Source: an uncultured Planctomycetota bacterium (GTDB taxonomy: Bacteria > Planctomycetota > Planctomycetia > Isosphaerales > Isosphaeraceae). Taken from it: a stretch of DNA of 64,000 bases. The DNA is taken from positions 6,400,001-6,464,000 of the forward strand of contig CAVTTN010000002.1 in the NCBI GenBank assembly GCA_963737655.1, read 5' to 3'. The notes beneath the pieces were generated by a model, which was not told the origin of the DNA, made no database searches, and was given only the letters and a program-made list of their open reading frames with translations. Below are positions 35,201-43,848 of this stretch, piece by piece. Made by a program: the position numbers and the translations under genes. Each line of letters starts with the position of its first letter. Positions within the stretch are counted from its first letter, which is position 1.

Positions 35201-35738
35201 CGAGGTCCGTTATCTCGACGGCCTGGACCTCGGCGCCGGGCCCGACGTCGCCGCCGAAGGCCGACCCGTCCCTCGGCCCTACGACGTCGAGATGCCGTCG
35301 ATCGACTCCTCCGGGGGCTGGGTGGCCTCGGCCGTGGACCTCGTCCGCCTCGCCTCGGCGATGGCCCCCGCGGCCCGGGACCGCGTCCTGTCCCCCGAGA
35401 CGGTCCGAAGGATGGTCGCCAGGCCCGCCGGCCCGGCCGGCTTCGGAGACGACGGCCAGCCGCTCACCGTCTTCTTTGCCGCCGGATGGCAGGTCACCGC
35501 GCTCGACCCGGAACCCGTCCGATTCAACCTCTGGCACGATGGGATGCTGCCGGGGAGCGAGGCGCTCCTGGTCCTTCGGGCCGACGGCATCGCCCTGGCC
35601 CTCCTCTTCAATGCCCGCGACGACCGCCCGGGCGAGTCCCTCCGTTTCTCGATCGACGACCCGCTCCACCAGGCGATCAACAACGTGACGACCTGGCCCG
35701 AGATCGACCTGTTCCCGGCCTATGGGATCGGCAAGTAG
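32295..35738 (+). CDS. Transmembrane Ser/Thr kinase with repeat + serine beta-lactamase-like ectodomain
   Basis: GAGGMG, HRDIKPSN, DLG, GTPGYMAPE; TM near 33555-33620; five ~50-aa repeats; SVSK, YAN, HDG. Confidence 0.9.
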   Translation: MEDRETCDDPPGSAPTSGFDDASTGPMAPGEKTPTLSNPADEDGTDPGLGRERPAIDPDAFLQTLQRLGLIDAAEADLRRRSPGEAADPRALDRLAESWIASGRITRFQAEAVRRGDGDRLILGNYLLVGRLGAGGMGEVYKAVHRRLKRVAALKRLPESVASHPAALLRFQRESEVMARLNHPNVVAVYDAGESAGHPYLVMEFLEGDDLWRRVQDRGPMAVDEAVDAVIQAARGVGAAHDRGIIHRDIKPSNLLMDASGIVKVLDLGLARVVEEADRSTIEGLTQDGVVMGTPGYMAPEQIDDSRQADHRSDVYSLGCTLHFLLTGSPPYPAPTTTERLLAHTRRPIPSLRQARSDVPEALDLAFTRMLAKAPEDRLQTMADVIALLEGIAPTGRAIDPGRKEGVVSTDPPPGRFPIRVPLLLGAVLVVALLAAGRFALLGRRASEVVTRSPGPARTVTRPGLFSALLDARNEELTAWCTRVAELKMMPIQISGHDVAGSPRFAAVALPNPDNLEWAARRVPVDVPFQTHFDDMLGNRWWPLSISLFDVQGQASGSSLWIDEKVLADRKHYCWSDIPPKEFLAKCDEGDAERRLVYLSARPSGEEVLFSGLWTTDPVPVAGKVMKIDLTAERFAEFLAEKKGQGFRPTSATAYRSGETTLFGVTMVNDGDARPWDVEFGLSTDALAQALERRGDDRVIPLEITGYREGGRSRYLVIWCREVPGKPVKEGLRLPPRSAAPPLDPAAVPSTGSTRPELASLDDLIRRFVAEHGGPGAALAVAKDGRLVYARGFGLADRETKEPVHPDSLFRIASVSKPVTASAVMLLAQRGKLQLDDLAIDVLKRRPGPNPEAPIPPGWRKVTIRDLLQHTSGWDPDRDDPAVEAVLRERGTFPAPPETAVRAMIGRPPSLEPGQVHRYANANYQMLGRVIEAASGQSYEAFVRQDVLAPLGIGRMRLGGSRPADRLPGEVRYLDGLDLGAGPDVAAEGRPVPRPYDVEMPSIDSSGGWVASAVDLVRLASAMAPAARDRVLSPETVRRMVARPAGPAGFGDDGQPLTVFFAAGWQVTALDPEPVRFNLWHDGMLPGSEALLVLRADGIALALLFNARDDRPGESLRFSIDDPLHQAINNVTTWPEIDLFPAYGIGK

Positions 35739-36682
35739 CGCTCGGCCGGCCCGCCGGGCACGATCACCCGGACCGCCCGGGGCACCACGCTCACCTCGAT
35801 CGGCGTATCGCCGATGATCTCGCCGTCGGCCTGGACCGGCAGGGGCCGCTTCGTGGCGATCTTGACCGAGCGCTCGGCCGTCCGATATCGGGCATTGACG
35901 CTTTGCCGGTGCTTCCCTCGGAGGATGTGCCACGCCAGGCCGAGATAGTCCGGGACGGTCCGGGCCCGGAGGATGCAGACGTCGGCCCGGCCGTCGTCGG
36001 GGCGGATGTGAGGGCCCCACTGGAAGGGCCGTTGCCCGAGCGTCCCGCTGTTGGCCACCAGGACCTGCGAGGCCCGGACCCGCAGCGCCCGGCCGTCGAT
36101 CTCCAGGTCGAACCGCCGGGGCTGGAATCCCACGAGCCGGGAGAGGCCCGTCCAGAGGTAGGCGAGCCGGCCGAACCTCTTCTTCGCCTCGGTCTTGGTG
36201 TCGCGGATCATCAGGGCGTCAATCCCGACGCCGACCTGGGTGAAGAAGTGCCGGTCGCCGATCCGCAGGGCGTCAATCGCGACGGCCGCGAACTCGCCCG
36301 CGAGCAGGCCGCAGGCGGCGTCCAGGTCGATCGGAACGCCCAGCTCCTTGGAAAGGACGTTGGCGGTCCCCAGCGGGATGATCCCGAGGAGGGCGTCGGT
36401 CCCGACCAGGGCGCCGGCCACGGCCGAGACGGTCCCGTCTCCCCCGGCGGCCACCACGGCGTCGCACCCTCGATCGACGGCCGACCGGGCGAGGGCGGCG
36501 AGGTCATCGACCCCGGTCATCTGGTGGACCTCGCACGAGCCGTCGCCGCAGCGCAGATGACGGGCCAGGGCCGCGTGGACCGTCTCGGCCAGGAAGCTTC
36601 CGGACCCGGGATTCAGGATCACGAAGAATCGCGACGCCCGGACGGCGGCCGGCGATGGCGAGGGGACCGGAACAGCGGGCAT
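35720..36682 (-). CDS. Diacylglycerol/lipid kinase family (YegS/DAGK)
   Basis: NPGSG, GGDGT, PLGTAN, QADGE; 3' end overlaps the kinase gene by 19 bp. Confidence 0.92.
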   Translation of the reverse strand: MPAVPVPSPSPAAVRASRFFVILNPGSGSFLAETVHAALARHLRCGDGSCEVHQMTGVDDLAALARSAVDRGCDAVVAAGGDGTVSAVAGALVGTDALLGIIPLGTANVLSKELGVPIDLDAACGLLAGEFAAVAIDALRIGDRHFFTQVGVGIDALMIRDTKTEAKKRFGRLAYLWTGLSRLVGFQPRRFDLEIDGRALRVRASQVLVANSGTLGQRPFQWGPHIRPDDGRADVCILRARTVPDYLGLAWHILRGKHRQSVNARYRTAERSVKIATKRPLPVQADGEIIGDTPIEVSVVPRAVRVIVPGGPAERYLPIP

Positions 36683-36755
36683 CGAAGGTTCCTCGCGAGT
36701 CGCGGGGGGTCGTTCGCGCATCGGCCGTCCCTGGAAAGCAACTCCCGGGCCCGGG

Positions 36756-37325
36756 TCACCGCGACTTCGACTCCGCCAGGAGGCCGCGGACGTCTGCCGA
36801 CACGGTCGCCGGGTCGAGCGTGGAAAGGGCGTAGATTTCCCGTTGCTGCCCCCTGGGATCGACGAGGAAGATCCGCGAAGGGTGGTCGAGCGTCCCCGTC
36901 GAGTCCCTCCGCGCCCACATCCCCCAGGCCTTCACCACCTTCGCCACCCTCTCGGGCTCGCCGGTGAGGAAGTGCCACGACGAGGGGTCGGCGCCATAGA
37001 CCTTCGCATACCTCGCCAGGACCTCGGGCGGGTCGTTGGCCGGGTCGAGCGAGATCGACACGAATTCGCACGACTTGCCCCAGAGGCCCTCGGCCTCCAG
37101 ACGGTCGCGAACCTTCGCCATCGTCGAAGTCGTCAGAGGGCAGGTCCCGTTGCACGAAGTGAAGACGAAGCTCACGAGCACGACCTTCCCGCGAAGCGTC
37201 GCCAGGTCGAACGGCTCCCCGCGAGAGTCGATCAACCGGACCTCCGGCGCAGGGCCAATTTCGGCCAGGGGAGACCCCACACCCAACCCAATCCCAAACG
37301 CCAGGAACGCCACCGCTCGGCCCAT
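36756..37325 (-). CDS. SCO1/SenC family copper chaperone
   Basis: CNGTCP (CxxxC), ISLDP, WHFLTG, LDH; signal peptide. Confidence 0.9.
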   Translation of the reverse strand: MGRAVAFLAFGIGLGVGSPLAEIGPAPEVRLIDSRGEPFDLATLRGKVVLVSFVFTSCNGTCPLTTSTMAKVRDRLEAEGLWGKSCEFVSISLDPANDPPEVLARYAKVYGADPSSWHFLTGEPERVAKVVKAWGMWARRDSTGTLDHPSRIFLVDPRGQQREIYALSTLDPATVSADVRGLLAESKSR

Positions 37326-37335
37326 CGTCCACCCT

Positions 37336-37403
37336 CCACTGCCCACTGCCCACCGCTTCCTTCCCCACTGCCCACTGCCCACTGCCCACTGCCCACTGCC
37401 CAC
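37336..37403 (-). repeat. (AGTGGGC)n heptamer array
   Basis: GCCCACT units on the + strand between the SBP56 stop and the SCO start. Confidence 0.88.
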
Positions 37404-37406
37404 TTT

Positions 37407-38603
37407 TTAATTCAAAAGCATGTCATGCCCGCGAGCCGGTCCGGTGGGGAAGCCGTTGAGGTCGATCCCGAACGACGGATCGACCTTCATCCCCTCGGGC
37501 GTGATCCGGACGAGCTTGACCCAGAAGGTGCCGTCGCGGTCGAGCGTCGAGAGCAGCGAATTCGAGACGTACATCCGCAGCCCGTCGCCCGTGACGTGCA
37601 TCATGTTCGGCTGGGTGCCGACCTTCACCGTGTTGAACAGCGTGACATGATCGGGGTCCGAGACGTCGAACTGCTGGATCGTGTCCGCGCCGAAGTTGCT
37701 CACGAAGAGGTAGCGGTCATCGGGGCTCTGGCGGAGGTCGGCGGGCAAGGGGCCGGTGTCGGCGACCTTCTTGAACTCGTACTGGCCGTCGGGCTTGCCC
37801 CGGAACATCCACAGCGAGTTATCCAGGGCGCAATTGGTGAAGCCGTGATCGGCGCCCGGCTTCAGCGACCAGCGGACCTCCAGAGGCGCCGCCCCGGCGT
37901 GGCCGACCTGGATCGGCTTCCTCGCCTTGAAGTCCCAGACGACCATCTCGTCGCCGAAGTCTTTCGTGTCCATCTCGGCGAACGGCTTGCGGTAGTTCCT
38001 CATCGGCGTGAACGAGCTGGTGACCATCCGGTTGAGCTCGGGCTTGATGGCCAGGTCGTAGCCGTAGGGGGCATCCGGAGGCTGGTCGATCTTTCGGATG
38101 AACTTGCCGTCATTGGTGAATTCGGCCAGCCCCGCCGGCAGGCCGCCGTCCTTCGAGCCGAGGAAGCTCAGGAGCATCCGGCCCGGCAGGGCGTAGTACG
38201 TGTGAGGGCCCGTCAGCCCGGCGACGGCCGGGATGTCGTCCAGGACCTTTTCGATCCGTGGCCGGGCCGGGTCGGTGGCCACGTCGAGGATCCAGATCCG
38301 GCTGGAGAGCAGCCCTCCGGCCCAGATCCTCGTGCGGTCGTCGGTATAGCCCCAGTGGTGGGTCTCGTTCCCCTTGGAGCCGAGGTCCAGGGTGTGGATG
38401 ATCCGCGAGAAGGTCCGGCTCTTCGGGTCCACGTCGATCACGGCGACGAAATCGTTGTCCTTGGCGTCGGCGTCCACGCAGAACAGGTAGAGGTACTTCT
38501 CCTGACGGTCCAGCCGACGGACGTAGGGGGAGAGGCAGGTCTCGGCCGTCGCGGAGGCGACCAGGACGATCCCCAGAATCGGGGCAAGATACGGACGGCT
38601 CAT
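37407..38603 (-). CDS. SBP56/MtoX-like beta-propeller, exported
   Basis: Signal peptide then ETCLSPY; DVDPKS, ETHHWGYTDDR, GPHTYYALPGR, APLEVRW, C-terminal HDM. Confidence 0.88.
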   Translation of the reverse strand: MSRPYLAPILGIVLVASATAETCLSPYVRRLDRQEKYLYLFCVDADAKDNDFVAVIDVDPKSRTFSRIIHTLDLGSKGNETHHWGYTDDRTRIWAGGLLSSRIWILDVATDPARPRIEKVLDDIPAVAGLTGPHTYYALPGRMLLSFLGSKDGGLPAGLAEFTNDGKFIRKIDQPPDAPYGYDLAIKPELNRMVTSSFTPMRNYRKPFAEMDTKDFGDEMVVWDFKARKPIQVGHAGAAPLEVRWSLKPGADHGFTNCALDNSLWMFRGKPDGQYEFKKVADTGPLPADLRQSPDDRYLFVSNFGADTIQQFDVSDPDHVTLFNTVKVGTQPNMMHVTGDGLRMYVSNSLLSTLDRDGTFWVKLVRITPEGMKVDPSFGIDLNGFPTGPARGHDMLLN

Positions 38604-38633
38604 GGAATCCCTCCCGGGGCGGGACGACTTGGT

Positions 38634-38936
38634 TCAGAACGACGAGGGGGACGGCTCCTCGAACTCCAGATTCGCGAGCGAGCGATCGAGCTCTCCGGGG
38701 GCGAGCAGGAGGAGGATGGTGATGTCGTCCTGGATCGACTCGGGAAGGGCCTCCAGGAGGGGGGCGACGAGGGCTTCCCGCTCCGAGGGCGACTTGCCCC
38801 GGAACCGCTCATCGATCACCCGGACCCGGATCGACGCCGAATTGTATCGATACGAGGAAACATCCTCGAACGCTCGGCCGAGGGCCTGCTCGATCGAGGC
38901 GGACTCGGGCGTCTTCAGGTCGGTCGGGACGGGCAT
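38634..38936 (-). CDS. Small BolA-like protein, partner of the HEPN gene
   Basis: IRVRVIDERFRGKSPSEREALV; ATG overlaps the HEPN stop (TGATG). Confidence 0.7.
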   Translation of the reverse strand: MPVPTDLKTPESASIEQALGRAFEDVSSYRYNSASIRVRVIDERFRGKSPSEREALVAPLLEALPESIQDDITILLLLAPGELDRSLANLEFEEPSPSSF

Positions 38937-39349
38937 CAAAGGCTCCTCTCCACCCAGTTTCGGACCGCTCGGACGTCGTCGAGGAACTCTGCCGCGACCC
39001 TCCGATCGCCCCGTCCGACGGCGTATCGCCAATCCGTGGACCAGGTCGCGACCCGCCGAAAGACCGCGTTCAACTCCCGGGGGAAGGTGCAGCCGACGCG
39101 GCGGAGGAGGGCCTTCAGGGCCTCGAAATCATGACTCTTCTGCCCCCGAGCGATCTTCCGAAACGTCTCGGCCCGCGCCGGGGCGGCCGTCCTCGCCAGG
39201 ACGAGGGCCTTCAGGGCGCACTCGGCGACATAGCCGCCGAGATACATCGCATCCAGGTTCAGGCCCATCTTGAAGAGGATCTCGGCCGCCTCCAGCCGTT
39301 GACCCGAAGCCCTCCGGTATCGAACGATCTCGGCATCCGGTCCGTCCAT
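38936..39349 (-). CDS. HEPN domain protein
   Basis: AMYLGGYVAECALKALV, RGQKSHD (Rx4H), WRY. Confidence 0.82.
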   Translation of the reverse strand: MDGPDAEIVRYRRASGQRLEAAEILFKMGLNLDAMYLGGYVAECALKALVLARTAAPARAETFRKIARGQKSHDFEALKALLRRVGCTFPRELNAVFRRVATWSTDWRYAVGRGDRRVAAEFLDDVRAVRNWVERSL

Positions 39350-39388
39350 CTCGTCATTATGGCCGGGCCCGCCGCGAGCGACAATCTC

Positions 39389-40598
39389 TCAATTCCGGGC
39401 CCAAGCCCCCTCGGCCGCGTGGCAGACGTGGACGGTCGGCTCGACGCCCGTCCTCCGGGCATAGCCGGCCTTCACCCCCTCGGCGAAGGCGTCGGCCTCG
39501 TCGGATCTCACGAGGTTCACCGTGCAGCCGGCCCAACCCGCGCCGGAAAGCTTCCCACCGAGGAACCCGGGCGACTCCTCGGCCGCTTCGATCAGGGCGT
39601 CCAGCGCCGGCGAGCTGTTGCCGAAGTCATCGCGGCTGGACGCGTGCGAGGCGCTCATCAATCGGCCGAACCCGGCGACGTCCCCCGCCTTCAGCGCGAC
39701 CGCCCCGAGCCGGACCCGCTCGTTCTCCGTCAGGACGTGGCGGGCCCGGAGCCGGCCCACCGGGTCGAGCGCGTCCCAATCGGCCTCGACCTCGTCGAGC
39801 GCGACATCGCGGAGGAGAGCGACGGCCGCATCGCCCCGACGGGCCCGATAGAACCCGACGATTCGGCCGCATTCGGCGACCCGTTCGTTGTACTTCCCCT
39901 CGGCAAGCTCCCGGGTCGTCTTCGAGTCGCAGACGACGATCGCCGGCGCCGGGTTTCCCAGCGGGAGACGCTCGAAATCGAGGGTCCGGCAGTCGAGCAA
40001 CAGCGCATGATCGGCCCGGCCGAAGAGGACCGAGAATTGATCGAGCAAGCCCGAGGCCACCCCCACGAACCCGTTCTCCGACCGCCGCAAGACGTTCGCC
40101 AGTTCCATCCTCGCCGGGTCGTCCAGGTCGGCGGAGGCCCCCGGGACGGCACCGATCCTCAACAGGAACATCGCCACGGCCGCCTGGACGCTCGCCGAGG
40201 CTCGAGAGCCCGGCGCCAATCGGGACGTCGCCCGCGAGGGCCAGGTCGAAGCCTTCGGCCAGGGGGCCGAACCGCTCCTGAACGGCCCAGACCACGCCGC
40301 GGACATACTTCGTCCACGACTCGGCCGCGTCCGGATCGAGGCCATCCACGTCGAACGCATCGGCGGCCCCCACGTTCGCGGAAGCCGCCCGTCCGATCCG
40401 CCCCGGCCGCCGCCTTCCCGCCACGACGGTGAACCGATCGATCGCGGCGGCCAGGACGAGCCCGCCGTTGTAATCGGTATGGTTGCCCAGCAATTCGACA
40501 CGCCCCGGGGCCCGGGCGAGGGCCTCGGCGGGGCCGGCTTCGGGGAGGGTGGCGAGGGCGGATTCCGCGAGGGGGCGGAGGTCGTCGGTCATCGGCAT
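39389..40598 (-). CDS. galK: Galactokinase; frameshift near 40200
   Basis: APGRVELLGNHTDYNGG, GAGLSS/SA split by one extra base, GLLDQ, SHAS, SGAGWAGC. Confidence 0.9.
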
Positions 40599-40816
40599 TC
40601 TTCGAGGTGGTTGCGGAACAGGGCCGCCGGATCGACGCGGCCCCCCCTACCTTAAACGCTCGCCCCTCGGACGGGCTACCGGATCGCCCTCGCTCCGGCC
40701 ACTTTTTGCCGGCACGCCTCGCCCCGGCTCAGCGATTCGTCATGATTGCGGGAAGGCCGGGGCTCGTCTATCGTGAGAGGGGATTTCTCCCCTGGCACCC
40801 TTCGGCCCCGGACCCG

Positions 40817-43768
40817 ATGCCCTTCGACCATCCGCTCGCCTTGCGGCTGTCTCCGCTGGCCCCGCCCGAAGGGTCGGCCGGGCCCGACGACGATTCGCGC
40901 TCGCCGGTCGGCCCGGGCCGGGTCCTGTTCGATCAGTACCGGATCGAGAGGAAGCTCGGGGCCGGCGGGTTCGGGTCGGTCTGGCTGGTCCGCAACCTCC
41001 CCCTGAACGTCGATCGGGCCCTGAAGCTGATCGAAGCGGACATCGCCGACGACCCGCAGGTGCAGGCCCGGTTCCGTCGCGAGGCGAGGCTCCTGGCCAA
41101 GCTCACGCATCCGAACGTCGTCAACGTTTATAATGCCGGGATCGTCGAGGGCGTCGCCTTCCTGGAGATGGAGTACGTCGAGGGGAAGAACCTCGGCTCG
41201 GTGATGAGGGCCGGTCGGCCCCTGCCCCTGGCCCTGGTTTCCCGGATCGTGGAGCAACTCTGCGACGTCCTCCAGGCCGCTCACGACCAGGGGATCGTCC
41301 ACCGCGACCTCAAGCCCTCCAACCTGATGCTCGTCGGCGACGGACGGCTGAAGGTCCTGGATTTCGGGATCGCCAAGGCCCTGGACGGCGCCCGGGACGA
41401 CGTCCATACCCTCTCCGGCGGGTTCCTCGGGACGACCCACTACGCCAGCCCCGAGCAGATTCGCGGGGCCTCGATCGATCCTCGGAGCGATCTTTATTCC
41501 ATCGGGGTGATCCTCTACGAGCTGCTGACCGGTCAGAGGCCGTTCGGCGGGACGATGCAGAGGGTCATGTTGAGTCATCTGACCGAGGCCCCTCCGCCGT
41601 TCTCGGTCGTCGCGCCCGGGTGTGACGTCCCGGAGGCCGTCGAGAGGGTCGTTCTGAGGTGCTTGGAAAAGGACCCCGCGAATCGGCCCCAGACGGCCCG
41701 TGAGCTCGCCGAGGAGTTCCGCCGGGCCGTCGGCCTGGGGAGGGATCTCCCTCCCAGCGCCCTGGGCGCGTTGATGGCGAGCCCCGACGACGCCGACTCG
41801 TCCGTCTCTCGGCCTCGAAGCCAGCCGAGCACGAGGACCGAGACCTTCGTCCCCGAGAACTTCACGAGGTCGATCGTCGAGGGCGGCCGGTGGCTCGGGG
41901 CGCTGGAAGCCCAGGCGGCGATCGGCCCGGGGCAGACCATCTTCGGCCGCTATCGGGTGGTCCGGCTCCTGGGAGGCGGCGGCTTCGGACAGGTCTGGCT
42001 GGTCGAGCATCTTGACCTGGAAGTCCCCCGGGCGCTCAAGACGATCTTGCCCGCGAAGGCCGACGACGAGGAGGCCCGCGCCTGGCTCCGCCACGAGGCC
42101 CGCGTCACGGCCAAGCTGATCCACCCCCATGCCGTGACGATCCACGACGCCCGGTTCGCCAACGGCCTGACGTTCATCGACATGGAATACCTGCCGGGCA
42201 AGTCGCTCCGCGAGGTGCTCCGGCCGGGCGAGCCGGTCTCCCTGGACTGGACCGCCCGGGTCCTGGAGCAGACCTGCTCGGCCCTCCAGGCCGCTCATGA
42301 CCTGGGGATCGTCCACCGCGACCTGAAACCGTCCAACCTGATGCTCCTGGACGGCTTCCCCGAAGGCCGGGAGTTCGTCAAGCTCGTGGATTTCGGCGTG
42401 GCCGGTCTCCGGGGCGCGGAGGAACCCGGATCGCAGCCAGGCGACGGACGGATTTACGGGACGATGGCCTACTCCAGCCCCGAAGGGCTCCGGGGCGACC
42501 CGACCGACGCCCGGAGCGACATCTATTCACTCGGCGTGCTCCTCTACGAGTTCCTGGCCGGGCGGAAGCCGTTCGAGGGACCTCCCTTGAAGCTTCTGGC
42601 CAGTCACTTCACCGAGCCCCCTCCGCCGATCGCCTCGTCCCACGTCCCCCCGCCCATCGAGAGGCTGATCCGGAGCTGCCTGGAAAAAGACCCCGCCCAT
42701 CGCCCGAAAACGGCCCGAGAGGTCGCCGAGAGGTTCCTCTGGTCGCTCCCCCCCCGCTACCCCGCGACGCCCGGCCGAGACCCGGGCTCGGCCAACCGGA
42801 GCGACCTCCGCCCTCCGCCCGATTATCGGCTGATCCGCTGGCTCGGCGGCGGGGGGTTCGGCGAGGTCTGGGAGGCCCAGGACGATCAGGGGGTCCATGT
42901 CGCCCTCAAATTCGTCCGGCTCGACCGCGAGGAGGTCGGCCGGGCCGAGTGGCGGGCCCTGGAGATCATCAAGAACATCCGCCACCCCAACCTGCTCGTC
43001 CCGTTCAAGTCGTGGCAGTCGTCCGACCACCTGGTCATCGGCATGGAGCTCGCCAACAAGACGCTCCGCCAGAGGCTGGACGAGTGCCGGACGCTCGGCT
43101 ACGAGGGAATCCCCCGCGACGAGCTCCTGGAATACCTCCTGGAGGCCGCCAAGGGGCTGGACTTCCTCAACGACACCCGCCACGAGCTGGCCGACGGCAA
43201 GAAAGGCCGGATCTATCACTCCGACGTCAAGCCGCAGAACATCCTCTTGATGGGAGGCGCCGTGAAGGTCGCCGACTTCGGCCTCTCGCGGTTCACCGAC
43301 CACAGCATCACGGCCCGGGACGCCGCGATGACCTTCCAGTACGCCGCCCCGGAGTTCCTCAAGGGGCAGGTGGCCAGGCAGTCGGACCAGTACTCGCTGG
43401 CGGTGACGTACTGCCTGCTCCGGGGGGGCCGGCTCCCGTTCGACGGCAAGGCGCCCGAGGTCATCATGGCCGGCCACCTCGCCCGACAGCCGGACCTCTC
43501 GATGCTCCCCGCCCGGGAACGGCCCATCGTCCACCGGGCCCTGAGCAAGGAGCCGAAGGCGAGGTGGAAGGACTGCCGGACGTTCGTCCGAATGCTCGCC
43601 GAGGTCGGCCAATCCACCACCAACGGCCGCCCCCGGCGCTCCTGGTGGTCGAAAATGAAGACCCAGCTCGTCCGCCTGATCCCGGGCCGCTCCTCGGCCT
43701 TCGACACGACCCAGGATTGGGCCTCGCCCGGGCCCGGGCCGGGCTCGACCCGATGGACGCCTCCCTGA
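40817..43768 (+). CDS. Protein with three tandem Ser/Thr kinase domains
   Basis: Three GxGGFG loops, three ALK, HRDLKPSN twice plus HSDVKPQN, three DFG, SPE/SPE/APE. Confidence 0.92.
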   Translation: MPFDHPLALRLSPLAPPEGSAGPDDDSRSPVGPGRVLFDQYRIERKLGAGGFGSVWLVRNLPLNVDRALKLIEADIADDPQVQARFRREARLLAKLTHPNVVNVYNAGIVEGVAFLEMEYVEGKNLGSVMRAGRPLPLALVSRIVEQLCDVLQAAHDQGIVHRDLKPSNLMLVGDGRLKVLDFGIAKALDGARDDVHTLSGGFLGTTHYASPEQIRGASIDPRSDLYSIGVILYELLTGQRPFGGTMQRVMLSHLTEAPPPFSVVAPGCDVPEAVERVVLRCLEKDPANRPQTARELAEEFRRAVGLGRDLPPSALGALMASPDDADSSVSRPRSQPSTRTETFVPENFTRSIVEGGRWLGALEAQAAIGPGQTIFGRYRVVRLLGGGGFGQVWLVEHLDLEVPRALKTILPAKADDEEARAWLRHEARVTAKLIHPHAVTIHDARFANGLTFIDMEYLPGKSLREVLRPGEPVSLDWTARVLEQTCSALQAAHDLGIVHRDLKPSNLMLLDGFPEGREFVKLVDFGVAGLRGAEEPGSQPGDGRIYGTMAYSSPEGLRGDPTDARSDIYSLGVLLYEFLAGRKPFEGPPLKLLASHFTEPPPPIASSHVPPPIERLIRSCLEKDPAHRPKTAREVAERFLWSLPPRYPATPGRDPGSANRSDLRPPPDYRLIRWLGGGGFGEVWEAQDDQGVHVALKFVRLDREEVGRAEWRALEIIKNIRHPNLLVPFKSWQSSDHLVIGMELANKTLRQRLDECRTLGYEGIPRDELLEYLLEAAKGLDFLNDTRHELADGKKGRIYHSDVKPQNILLMGGAVKVADFGLSRFTDHSITARDAAMTFQYAAPEFLKGQVARQSDQYSLAVTYCLLRGGRLPFDGKAPEVIMAGHLARQPDLSMLPARERPIVHRALSKEPKARWKDCRTFVRMLAEVGQSTTNGRPRRSWWSKMKTQLVRLIPGRSSAFDTTQDWASPGPGPGSTRWTPP

Positions 43769-43848
43769 CCGCCACCCCGCTCGACAAGGATAAGTCGAAG
43801 CCCTTGAACGACTCGGGATTCGACCCGCTGACCTGATTGGAGGTCTCG

